Shown one piece after another: positions 7,957 through 18,882 of a stretch of DNA of 64,000 nt. The notes beneath the pieces were generated by a model that saw only the letters and a list, made by a program, of their open reading frames with translations, made no database searches and was not told where the DNA came from. The translations under genes and the position numbers were made by a program. Source of the DNA: Squalus acanthias (taxonomy: Eukaryota); NCBI GenBank assembly GCA_030390025.1, contig CM059431.1:111354001-111418000 (forward strand), read 5' to 3'. Numbering within the stretch: position 1 is the first letter of the stretch; each line of letters opens with the position of its first letter.

Positions 7957-9723
7957 TCATTGGGTACTATTAGACGGGGCTGTGGCACCTGCGGGGCCGG
8001 TAGCAACCGCCACCTTTCCATGCGCACTCATGAGGTTACGCATGGCTCCCAACACTGTTTCGATCGCGTCGGGATGGATGGGTGCACTAGCTTCCCTATC
8101 AGAGACAGGCGCCTGGGCTCGGGCTGCGGGATTTTTATCCCTGGAATCCTTCCAAGGGTTCCTGCAGTTCTTGCGCCAGTGCCCTGTCTTCCCACACCCG
8201 TAACAAGCATTACTGGCCTGCGGGGCGCGGTTACCCTCCTGATGCCACTCCTTTTGAGCCGGGGCTGCGGGTCGTGCCTCATGCACCTTTCCCTTAAGGG
8301 GACGTGCTCCCATACTTCTGGTATTACGGTACCCCACCGTGAGTCGATTTAGGACCGACTCCTCTGTAGTGGCGGGGTCAGTGGGATCAAACCACGCTTT
8401 TGCCTGCTCCCTGACGGCTGGCAAACTGTTGGTTACTATACACCTGAGCCAATGAGTTAAACCGATGTCTGCCACATCGGCGCGCTCTGGCGCACCTGGG
8501 CAGCTACGCTGGTATACTGGCCACAGCCTGTCGGCGAAAACCTTCGGGGGTTCTCCCTCCATCTGCACTGTCTGTCCCAGTCTAACAAACGGACCTTCAT
8601 CGTCCGCTCCCAATACTTCTAGGACCTCATTTCTTAGTGCCCCATAGGTCTTAGTTCCCCTCTTGCTCTCGTCTGAGAGACACTGAAGGATCGAACTACC
8701 TAATGAGAATAACAGCATCTTTGCTGTTTCCCCATCGTCGCAGCCGTTAATGGCTGCGGTTTGCTCTATTTCCCTAAAATGTACGGAAGGGTCGTCTGAC
8801 TCGGCCAGCTTCGGTACGTGACTGATCATAATCCTCAGCTGGTGTGAGCTGTGAGGCAACACAAGCTGGTTGAGGAGATCCCCTTGTTCCCCACCGTCTC
8901 TGTTTGGGCCCCTTTTGATACCCGTGACCGGACACAACGGTCCCGGTTCCACTTCTACCTCGGTGGGCTCTTTCGTTACTTCTACCACTTTCTCCCTTAC
9001 CCAGGTTTCCGAATAGCTGGTTGGCGCGGAGGGCATAGTGGCTAATACTTCCTCTGCTTTGTTCGGTGGGGATTTCTGAAATTCCTCATCCACTAGCGGC
9101 TGGTGTGCTGACGGACTGATAAGGCACACCATGCCGTGCGCTTTGTTCACGGCCCTTTTAAGGTGCTCTATCTCCTTTTGGCAGACGCTGTGATCGGCCC
9201 CCTGAAATTTATCCTCGAGGGCCATCTTATATGCCGCCCTAACCCCCGTTAAGCTCTCTTCCTGGGCTTTTATTTGGGCAGCTTGGCGGGCACATCGTTC
9301 CTTTAATCTGCCCTCACTTAACTTTGCCTCAGTGACCTGGCACTCGAGGTAATCTATTTTTGCTTTATGGTGGCTGGTGACTACCTGGCGTTCTTGATGC
9401 AACGCATTTAAATTCGTGATGAGCAGCTGCCCCCCCGTGACCTTCTCGTCCATTTCCACCTCTAAACGCCTGATCTGAGCTGCTTGCGCTGTGATGACCT
9501 GGTCCGAAATTTGGACATGTCTTTTATAGCACATCAGCCAGACCGCTTTCTCCACTGTCTTTTTATGTTCCTTGCTATCTGTCCACCTCTCGGCTGCCTC
9601 TAGTGGACACTTATCCACCAGCAGGTCACTTATCCATTTCTTAGTCAAATTTACTTTTCCGAACACATAATCTGCTATTCTCTCTTCCATGACATTTCGC
9701 CCAATCATACCAAAGTCTAACAC
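7957..9723 (-). CDS. gag: Gag polyprotein with N-terminal coiled coil, capsid-like region and one CCHC zinc knuckle
   Basis: 588-codon ORF between the PBS and pol, with CYGCGKTGHWRKNC and the MHR-like QMEGEPPKVFADRL. The start codon is uncertain. Confidence 0.9.
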   Translation of the reverse strand: MLDFGMIGRNVMEERIADYVFGKVNLTKKWISDLLVDKCPLEAAERWTDSKEHKKTVEKAVWLMCYKRHVQISDQVITAQAAQIRRLEVEMDEKVTGGQLLITNLNALHQERQVVTSHHKAKIDYLECQVTEAKLSEGRLKERCARQAAQIKAQEESLTGVRAAYKMALEDKFQGADHSVCQKEIEHLKRAVNKAHGMVCLISPSAHQPLVDEEFQKSPPNKAEEVLATMPSAPTSYSETWVREKVVEVTKEPTEVEVEPGPLCPVTGIKRGPNRDGGEQGDLLNQLVLPHSSHQLRIMISHVPKLAESDDPSVHFREIEQTAAINGCDDGETAKMLLFSLGSSILQCLSDESKRGTKTYGALRNEVLEVLGADDEGPFVRLGQTVQMEGEPPKVFADRLWPVYQRSCPGAPERADVADIGLTHWLRCIVTNSLPAVREQAKAWFDPTDPATTEESVLNRLTVGYRNTRSMGARPLKGKVHEARPAAPAQKEWHQEGNRAPQASNACYGCGKTGHWRKNCRNPWKDSRDKNPAARAQAPVSDREASAPIHPDAIETVLGAMRNLMSAHGKVAVATGPAGATAPSNSTQ

Positions 9724-9743
9724 ATTACCCTCTCGCTGTCAGT

Positions 9744-9761
9744 GTCCTGCCGCGGTCGCCA
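9744..9761 (-). promoter_or_regulatory. Primer binding site, tRNA-Arg(TCG)-type
   Basis: TGGCGACCGCGGCAGGAC lies 5 nt inside the LTR end. It is complementary to the 3' end of a vertebrate tRNA-Arg(TCG) as I recall it (...GTCCTGCCGCGGTCG-CCA). Confidence 0.8.
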
Positions 9762-9766
9762 TTTTC

Positions 9767-11420
9767 TGTAAGGGTTTTGACTTGTGTGTGGCTCTGTGCT
9801 CAGCCTGGGTGCTAGTGCGAGGTTAGGCCTTGTTGCCTGTTCTGGTCTCCAGCCAGTCTGGGAGCACTAGACACCTGTGAGTGGTTCGACCCACTCGCCC
9901 TTACGGTTCTGACACTGGACTTAGATGCGAGAGCAATAATGGAGAGAAAACTCAGGTAGACCCGGTTGAATGGTACGAAATGGAAAATCTTTATTGCATA
10001 TTATTCAAGATTACGAAATACATGTCATAAGCACAGATTAATGACAGTACAATCTTACACGCAGTTATGTAACTAATTTTAGGGAAACGAGGAACGAACG
10101 ACACATCGTAAATGGGGGCACACATTACAGTTATCCTTAAAACTTAATCCCTCCCCTATCAATACCTGCTCTAAACTAGATTTGTAGGATCGAGACTCAT
10201 GCTCACCACTCGTGATAACTCGGAGAATTCCGAAAATTCTGCTCGGATGTTTTTACCGCAGTACCTGATCACCCACGTGTTGATCAGGGGTCTCTGTACC
10301 CCACTTGTTTACTCGTTTCTGCTCCGGCTAGCAGGCTGGACCGTCTGCTGTCATGAAGATCTGTGTTGTCCTCGGAGTTCCGACACTACTCAAAAAAAGA
10401 GTCTTCCTGTGCCCTCGCCCTGATGCGATAAAACTCGAAGAATAGTCTTCCGATGCCAGTTCTGTAAAGCTCAAAAGATAGTCTTCCTGGGCAAGGAAAG
10501 TGTCTATTCGACCTACAGGCGTGGTCGGGGCTTACTGACCGTGGCGATACGTATGGTCGTCTTCTTCTCTTCTCATCTCATCTCATCTCATCTCATCTCG
10601 GGCCTTTGGTCCCAACACCGTTTACCGACTTCTCGGGATGGTGTGCCCGTTTCAAGGCTTCACAGCCCAGTTCCACACAGATCTTCGCGGCAAGCCACGA
10701 GGCTGATCCTGGCGGATCAGAAAGTTCGATAGTCTTTAAGAGCTGCAAGAGGCAGAGGCACAATGCAAGCGGCAAGAGGCAGGAGAATAAGAGAGAGATG
10801 GACAGTTGTAGCTTACAGTTATAGTGCTGAAACTCTTCTTTTCCCGCCCAACCTTAATGTCTTTTCTTTTGTTAGGGTTTTGGCGCTCAAACTTCTTGTA
10901 TAGGGTGATCTCCGTTTTAATGGGTTTCGGGGATACTCGTAACTGTCTGAGTACCTGTTAATACTTTTCCCAATGTGTAACCGGTCGGTATTCTCCCTGG
11001 AGGGGTTTTGGGGCTTCCAAATGTTTTCTGTAACTACCCGCAAACGGCTCTCTCATCGTAGAGTCGTGGGGATTTTGCATATTAATGTCTTTGGATGGGT
11101 TCTTGATCGCTTGGTACAATAGCCCTTATTCGCACCTGGGAGACCGATTTCAGTATTTATGTGTATACTGCAAAATGTCTTGTGTATTATCTCAAATGTG
11201 CTGAGTCTTGATCGATCTCGCACAAATGTTTATTGGAACGCCATCTTGTCTGCTTATCGAAAGGTCTAGAATGTTCTGCCACGAGGCGTGGCGGCCATTT
11301 TACAGGCTGCTTGTGTCCACTTTGAAAACCTGACAGCATTCTGCTGAAATAAAGCTGTTTGAACGAAATTATGTGTTTTCTCCTTATTTATAAAATCGTG
11401 ATTATATTGCGAATTCTACA
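9767..11420 (-). repeat. 5' LTR (1654 bp)
   Basis: Starts TGTAG and ends CCCTTACA next to the PBS, with AATAAA at 9990-9995. Both ends match the TSD-bounded solo LTR at 32142-33795. Confidence 0.85.
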
Positions 11421-11514
11421 GTAATAAACACATATTTTAATATAGAAGACATGGGGTGTAGCAAATCTGCAACAATAAATGTGTGCCTCCTCCACTGTGT
11501 GTAATTTATGATGT

Positions 11515-11862
11515 TATTTTATTCAGTCACGGGATGTGGGTGGCATTTATTGCCCATCCCTAATTGCCCTTGAGAAGGTGGTGGTGAGCCGTCTTCTTGA
11601 ACCGCTGCAGTCCGTGTGGTGAAGGTACTCCCACAGTGCTGTTAGGGAGGGAGTTCCAGGATTTTGACCCAGCGACGATGAAGGATCGGCGACAAATTTC
11701 CAAGACAGGATGGTGTGTGACTTGGAGGGGAACTTGGAGGTGGTGGCGTTCCCATGCGCCTGCTGCTCTTGTCCTCCTTGGTGGAAGAGGTCACGGGTTC
11801 GGGAGGTGCTGTCAAAGAAGCCTTGGCGAGTTGCTGCGGTGCATCTTGTAGATGGTGCACAC
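11515..11862 (-). mobile_element. 3' fragment of a non-LTR retrotransposon (family A, clade unassigned)
   Basis: Shares aggacaagggcagcaggcgcatgggaacaccaccacctccaagttcccctccaagtcaca-type sequence with four other copies. A-rich tail. Confidence 0.7.
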
Positions 11863-12547
11863 TAATGTGGAAGATACTTTTTGTCCATTACTTACTTTAC
11901 AGCAGCTCCATGCAGTATATGTACAGTGCTGACGGAGGTAGAGTATATATTTCTGACTAAAAGATTTGGAAAGAGGTTTGTGACAGGTATACTTAGGAAC
12001 AGTGGAGTAAGTGTTTTTTGACTAGTTCTTGAAAGATAAATAATGTTTTCCTTACCTACTGTAGGCGGTTAAATAAGTAAAAACACTAAAATTGCATACA
12101 TACATCAATCTGTGCATGCAATATAGGAGAGGAGAGCAGCTTGGGACCATATGGTTGCATAATTCTTTTGCCAGTAGTGTGCTATAGGTATGCTTTCAAT
12201 TGCTTATCAGGCTTAGAAAGAATGCAAGGTCTCAGGGGCCCCAAATACCTAAATCCAAGGCCTGCACAGGGAGTAAAATCCAAACCAAAGCCGTATTCCT
12301 GAAAGCAAGTGTGGATAATTACTGGAAAAGAGGGAGGAATCTTTCTGAAACAGTAAGTAAACATATGGGCTGTGTTAATAAATATAAGTTATCCACGGTA
12401 GACACATCATTTGCAGAATTCAAAAGTTCATACTTTACATTGTTTTGGTGTTTTTATACAAAAAAGCACTTATTACCTTCAAAGCTCCAATACTGGCTTC
12501 CTGGCGTTGTGCTGTCAGTACCTTTTAACCGTGGGACAGGGGAGGGT

Positions 12548-13265
12548 TAGGGTTGCCAACTCTGGCTGGACTTATTCCTGGGTTTATCACATGACCTCCT
12601 GCCTCCAACTGTCCCGCCGCCACGCTCCTGCCATTGGTCGCCCAACAGGTCCATACTCGCCAAGGTTTCTTCGGCAGCACCTCCCAAACCCGCGACCTCT
12701 ACCACCTAGAAGGACAAGGGCAGCAGGCGCATGGGAACACCACCACCTCCAAGTTCCCCTCCAAGTCACACACCATCCTGACTTGGAAGTATATCGCCGA
12801 TCCTTCATCGTCGCTGGGTCAAAATCCTGGAACTCCCTCCCTAACAGCACTGTGGAAGCACCTTCACCACACGGACTGCAGCGGTTCAAGAAGGCGGCTC
12901 ACCACCTCCTTCTCAAGGGCAATTAAGGATGGGCAATAAATGCTGGCTTTGCCAGCAGCACCCACATCCCATGAACGAATAAAAAAAAATACTCACGGTG
13001 CACTGCCTTCCTACGGCAATTGGAAAGCAAATAGACTCTTCATTGCCCGATTAGATGATTCATGACTGCCAGTCAAACCGTCTTTTTTCCCACGTCCAAT
13101 ATTTTTATAACTACTAAACCAAAGTGTTCAAAGAACATTTTTTTAAAAACACAATTTTTTTATTGCCCCTATGATTTTTCTCCTGGGTTGCTCACGGCAG
13201 TGTCCTGGAGATTAATCTTTAATTCCTAGAGAGTCCAGGACAATCCTGGAGGGTTGGCAATTTTA
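12548..13265. mobile_element. hAT-like non-autonomous element interrupted by a LINE fragment
   Basis: Termini tagggttgccaac ... gttggcaatttta form an imperfect TIR. Confidence 0.5.
12650..12990 (+). mobile_element. 3' fragment of non-LTR family A
   Basis: Encodes SPRFLRQHLPNPRPLPPRRTRAAGAWEHHHLQ and ends gaataaaaaaaaa. Confidence 0.7.
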
Positions 13266-15339
13266 GGGAGGGTGGGGGTGCAGGACATACAAACAGCAAT
13301 TCCTGGCATGCTCTGTGAGTGGCCAGTCTTAAAAGAAATCCTGATGTATTAAGCGCCCATCCCCAGCTTCAATACATTCTGTCGGGCTAAGATGGGCGGG
13401 AGCCTTAAGTGAACGCTGGAGCCAAAGGATGAGGAGAAGGGCTTCCTGCGACTGATATGGACTGGCAGTCAATCATGTTGAACCAATTCAGTGGCAGAAA
13501 AAAAACCAGGCCAATGCCAATTCAGCAACTGCATCTTCAGTCAGGCACTCCAAACTGAGCTCCAGGATCCCAACTTAGGAGTCGGCCTCGGCAAAAAACA
13601 AATTCCAGCAACGCTGTGTAAAAGTAAGGATTTTACTATTTTGCTCTGAATTGTTTAATTCCTTATGTTATAAATGGATATATTTACATAAGCAAGATGA
13701 TGGCTCAAATCAAGTTCACAAAATTATGCAAGCAATTTGATAGGATTCTGCTACTTGCTCATTTCAGTGTTGGGAGCATTGAGAAAATAAAATTGAACAA
13801 TTTGATTACTGACATTTCTGCTGCTTACTCATTCCTCATTGATACTGACTGAATCAAACCGTTTTCAGACTTGTTCATGTTTGGTCAGTCAGATATTTCT
13901 TTTTATTTGCTCTTGGGATGTGGAGACATTGGCAAGGCCGCATTTATTGCCCTGAGGGAATGAAGAGTCAATTACATAGTGTGTGACTGGAGTCACGTGG
14001 AGACCAGACTGGGTAGAGATGGCAGATTCCTTTCCCTGAAGGACATTAGTGAACCATTTGAGTTTTTACAACAATCAACAAATCTCATGGTCACGTCTTT
14101 TGTTCTGGTGCTAGCCCATAAATTACCGGATTGTTTTGAATTCAGTTTCACAACTTGCGATGGTGGGATTGGAACTCACAACTTGTGGGTTGCTAGTTTA
14201 GATGTGTAGTAAGTAAGATATTTGATTGGTGGTTTAACAAATAATTCCTCATTTCAGTCGATCATTAATTTTTTCGCTACGGACTGATTTTGGTCTCTCT
14301 AGCGCCTCAAGTTGGGCGGCCAGTGCTCCTGCCAGAAACAGGTGGGGGCCTCATTAAGTGATAAAAACTGGGGTCCTATGAAGTCATTAGGACCCCATTG
14401 CCATTTTGATAAAGTACAGCATGGCACCTGCTGGGTGCTGGACTGACTCATTACACAGGAAGAAACGGCTAGAACTGCGACCCTTAAAGGTGTTCCTGGA
14501 AGCAGCTCTGGCGAGAAGAAAAATATATTTATCTGGCTCTTTTTGGGCACCTGTCTAAGCATAATTGCTCTCCCTGCTCCTTGAGTACAATCTTCAGATC
14601 TTTAATCTTCATCACCACCCCGCCTCCCCTACCGCAAACAGCCTAGCCCTCCTCTTTAATCTGTTCCTGCAGGCCCGTGCCCTGTGGCTGGCCTGCTGGA
14701 TTACCCGCGACCCCCCGACCCCCCACCACCGCCCACCCCCCAAAAAGTGGTGAGCTGCCTAACAGCACTCAGGATATGCGGGCAGCTCACCAGTTGAATA
14801 CAAACGAGGCCTGATCATCAAAATGATTCGGGCTTCTCGCTGGCGACAAGGGCCAGGCATTACGATGGCTCAGCCCACCACCCAATGTGCTCTAAAGATG
14901 CAACTTGGTGCCACAATGCCTGAAGTGTTAGACTTTCGTGATGCCATTCTTCTGAGGCCACACTTTCAGATGTGGCACCTTTGAAAGCCATGGCATAACC
15001 TGCTAGATGCAAGCCCTTTAATTATACAGATGAATTGGTATGCTCACCGCCGCTACACATTCAACCGTCCACATCCTTAAGTTTCTCGCTTTGGATACAC
15101 ACTTGTGTCCTACACAACAGACACAATTAAAAACGCAAGAAAATGCAAAATTTTCTTTTTCGTGTGGGAATATGTTCTTATCCTCCCACGGGTGTGTATA
15201 AATTGTAGATGTGAACTGTTGTGTGTATCCAACACACAAAGAGAAGGAAAAGCAAGGAAACAACTGAGGGATTCCACTGTAAGAGCTCATGTTACAATTG
15301 TGGGTTCTACAGTAGCGGTTTTCAGCACGTGGTTCATTG

Positions 15340-15779
15340 CTTTTTTTTATTAGTTTATGGGATCTGGGCGTCGCTCGCAAGGCCAGTTCCAGGATTTTGA
15401 CCCAGCGACGATGAAGGATCGGCGATATACTTCTAAGTCAGGATGGTGTGTGACTTGGAGGGGAACTTGGAGGTGGTGGTGTTCCCATGCGCCTGCTGCC
15501 CTTGTCCTTCTAGGTGGAAGCGGTCGCGGGTTTGGGAGGTGTTGCCGAAGAAACCTTGGCGAGTTGCTGCAGTGCATCTTGTAGATGGTACACACGGCAG
15601 CCACGGTGCGCCGGTGGTGGAGGGAGTGAATGTTTAAGGTGGTGGATGGGGTGCCAATCAAGCGGGCTGCTTTGTCCTGGATGGTGTCGAGCTTCTTGAG
15701 TGTTGTTGGAGCTGCACTCATCCAAGCAAGTGGAGAGTATTCCACCACACTCCTTACTTGTACCTTGTAGATGGTGGAT
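15340..15779 (-). mobile_element. 3' fragment of non-LTR family A (RT-ORF C-terminus)
   Basis: IYKVQVRSVVEYSPLAW...LDTIQDKAARLI is a typical post-RT region of a LINE ORF2. Confidence 0.75.
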
Positions 15780-16374
15780 TGAGCCATAGTGCTAGAATTA
15801 TATTGATCCCTAAATTCCTATGTTCAAATTCTCCTCATATCCATTTGCCAGCCAGTAATCAGTCACCTCTCCCTCTCTGGTTTTCGCCTAATTCAAACTC
15901 TACCTCTCTGGGTTACTCCCACTCTGTTCCCCTATCATAGTCCCAGTCTGTTCCCTATTGCATCCTCCCCACCCCGGCCTGTCCTTCCTCCCTGATGCTC
16001 TGATTTACCTTTGGGGAGCTGCTCACATGAACAATGGAGCCCATACACACGCAGTAAACTTCCGATGACCACAATAGCAGCACTATAAGATCAGTCTTCC
16101 TCCATGCAGGATGGGTAAATAAAGAAAAGGAGTTTTGACTGTTTAAAAATAGAAACTACAGCATGTGGCATTAAACAGGACACATGGTGAGGGCAGTGAA
16201 TTACAGAAAATAAACTGGTGATGTCATTAACTCACACTTACACTCATTATGCAGCTCTGAAATGGTGCAAACTATGCCATTGGTTTCTGTAGCTTCCTCT
16301 TCCCCAGCAGCATCCTCTACATTAGCAAACCGAGTGATTAAACCTCACTGTTGCTTAGAATAGGTGGAGAGTTC

Positions 16375-16710
16375 CCCTGATAGCTCAGCATAGTTGTACA
16401 GCAAAGAGGCTGAGCTACACAAACCAGGAAAGAATTACGGTTGATCCTCAGTCTTTGTTTGGTTATCTAATCTCAGTCAGAGCTTTACAATTAAGCCCTA
16501 GCGCTCTGAATGTGGCCAGGATTCCTGCTCATTATTGCTGGAATTGTGTGCGTGCACATCAGAGCAGATAGCTTGTCACCATTAATTGCAACACTCACAC
16601 ATAAGTAATGGCCACATCACAGAAAGAACTGGAGGGAGACCAGCGCCTGTGAAATGGTACCTCAGCAGCCAGTCACATCTTCAGGACAGGAGGGAGGGGA
16701 GAAGATTGGT
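16375..16710 (+). mobile_element. Degraded tRNA-like SINE
   Basis: A-box-like tagctcagc head followed by a degraded SINE-like body. Confidence 0.3.
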
Positions 16711-16739
16711 GAGGTTTTTTAAAAAATAAAGCGTACATG

Positions 16740-17132
16740 GAGACGGTTAAGGGGAGATTTAGTAGAGGCATTCAAAATTATGAAGGGTTTTGATAGAGTA
16801 GATAGGGAGAAGCTGTTTCCACTGGCAGGAAAGTCAGGAACCAGAGGACACAGATTTAAGATAATTGGCAATCAAGCCAGGGGGGAGATGAGGAGAATTT
16901 ATTTTACTCAGTGAGTTGTTATGATCTGGAATGCATTGCCTGAAAGGGTGGCGGGAGCAGATTCAATAGTAACTTGAAAAGGGAATTGGATAAATACTTG
17001 AAAAGGAATAATTTGCAGGGCTACGGGGAAAGAGCAGGGGGGAGTGGGACTAATTGGATCGCTCTTTCAAAGAGCCAGCACAGGCACAATGGGCCGAATG
17101 GGCTCCTTCTGTGCTGTATCATTCTATGATCC
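16740..17132 (+). mobile_element. CR1 LINE 3' fragment
   Basis: Encodes RLRGDLVEAFKIMKGFDRVDREKLFPL and has a CR1 3' UTR ending ttctatgat. Confidence 0.8.
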
Positions 17133-18487
17133 TATAATTTAAATTCACTGAAAAAAAGCACTGAAAACCTGCCAGATAAAATAGAATTAGAATAAAGCAA
17201 CAGTTGGACTGAGATGGTACACCCACACAGGATTTTGTACACAGCTGCTTTGGAAACAGAAGAATTATGAAAATTCAAGGATGGTTGTGTTTCCCAAGCA
17301 ACATTATGTTTATCTGATAGTCACAAGGACATAGCCCTGTTATTAGAAATGAAGGGTGGTTTGTAGTGACAGAGACACTGAGCAGCATTCCCATTTTTAG
17401 TCAAAGTTGCTAATCGAGCTCTCAAAACCAAAGGCTTAAAAAGAACTGTTGCATTTAGTTAAACCATGTTTTTATTATACATTTTACACTCAACAAGGGG
17501 TGGCAGTGATGAGTAATGGATCATGTCTCCACTTTGAACACTCATGCCGGGCTGACCCTCCTAGCCGCAGTGTTTCATCGGGGCGGTACTTCCGCCCAGG
17601 TCGCCATACACCACTGGAACCCCAACCCAGTTTCCAGGCAGCACATTGGCATTCCGGTAGGCCTCACCAGGGCCTGTGGCCTACATAAGAAGCTAAGTGG
17701 TGAGGTCCGGAATGGAGGGAGGGGAGGCTGTAACAAGGACCCTCCACTGGGGAACACACTGTTGTTCCCACTTCCCAGGCTCACTGCCTCTTTTTCCCCA
17801 TGGCAGCCTCGGAAAGCAGTGATAAGTGGGGCAGACATGAGGGAAATCAGTCCCAGTTCCCCACCCACTGCCATTTCCGTGCAGCAGGTGGAAAAAGAAG
17901 GTCTAGTGGCAGGCCTGAGGTGGTGGTGAGGCAGTATTTTCTGTCATTCTCCACAAGCCGCAAGTGTATGGAGTTAGGTCACAGATCTGCCATGATCTCA
18001 TTGAATGGCGGAACAGGCTCGAGGGGCTAAATGGCCAACTCCTGGTCCTATGTTCCCAAGTAAGCCACCCGATTTTGGGGAGGAGAGCCCCGGCCTTAGT
18101 ATAGGCATCAAATGCTACTCGTTCAAATATTTCATGACCAAAGCTCCTGTTCTCTACGTCAACAATGTGCCCAGATCCTAACCTCCAAGATGCATTATCT
18201 ATTACTATGGTGTAACATTTCCATTTCCCATCTCTGTACCAAACTGTGGGGAGTTTAGAAACTGGCCAAACACATTTAACATAGGACTGTTGTAGCTGGA
18301 AGGGGGAATTGAAAATTTTCATCCCATCAGTTTAATTGTTTCTGACACTAGTCTGCATACATGAAAGAGTGCTGTGCTGTATCCTGTTAAACCATCATTT
18401 GAAGGAAAACAAAACTGTGGGATTAAGAGACGGCTCTGGACTTATCAATGCTGTAAATGACCATTTCTCCCTACCTTTGTCATTAAG

Positions 18488-18882
18488 CTTGACAGATTAA
18501 GGGGTGATCTAATTGAGGTGTATAAGATGATTAAAGGAATTGAGAGGGTAGATAGAGGGAAACTATTTCCTCTTGTGGGGGGAGTCCAGAACAAGGGGGC
18601 ATAACCTTAAAATTAGAGCCAGGCCGTTCAGGGGTAATGTCAGAAAGCACTTCTTCACACAAAGGGTAGTGGAAATCTGGAACTCTCTCCCCCCAGAAAG
18701 CTGTTAAGGCTCGGTCAGTTGAAAATTTCAAAACTGAGATTGATAGATTTTTGTTAAGAAAGTGTATTAAGGGTTACGGAACCAAGGCGGGTAAATGGAG
18801 TTAAGATACAGATCAGCCATAATCTAATTGAATGGCGGAACAGGCTCGAGGGGATGAATGGCCTGCTCCTGTTCCTATGTTA
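18488..18882 (+). mobile_element. CR1 LINE 3' fragment
   Basis: Encodes RLRGDLIEVYKMIKG and has the 3' UTR gaatggcggaacaggctcgagggg...cctgttcctatgtt. Confidence 0.8.

Larger units (their letters stand above)
1650..11420 (-). mobile_element. Endogenous retrovirus-like provirus (lokiretrovirus-like), 3'-truncated: LTR-PBS-gag-pol-env, no 3' LTR
   Basis: Co-oriented LTR (TG...CA), PBS, CCHC gag, PR-RT-tether-RH-IN pol and furin-cleaved env. The left boundary is approximate. Confidence 0.9.
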
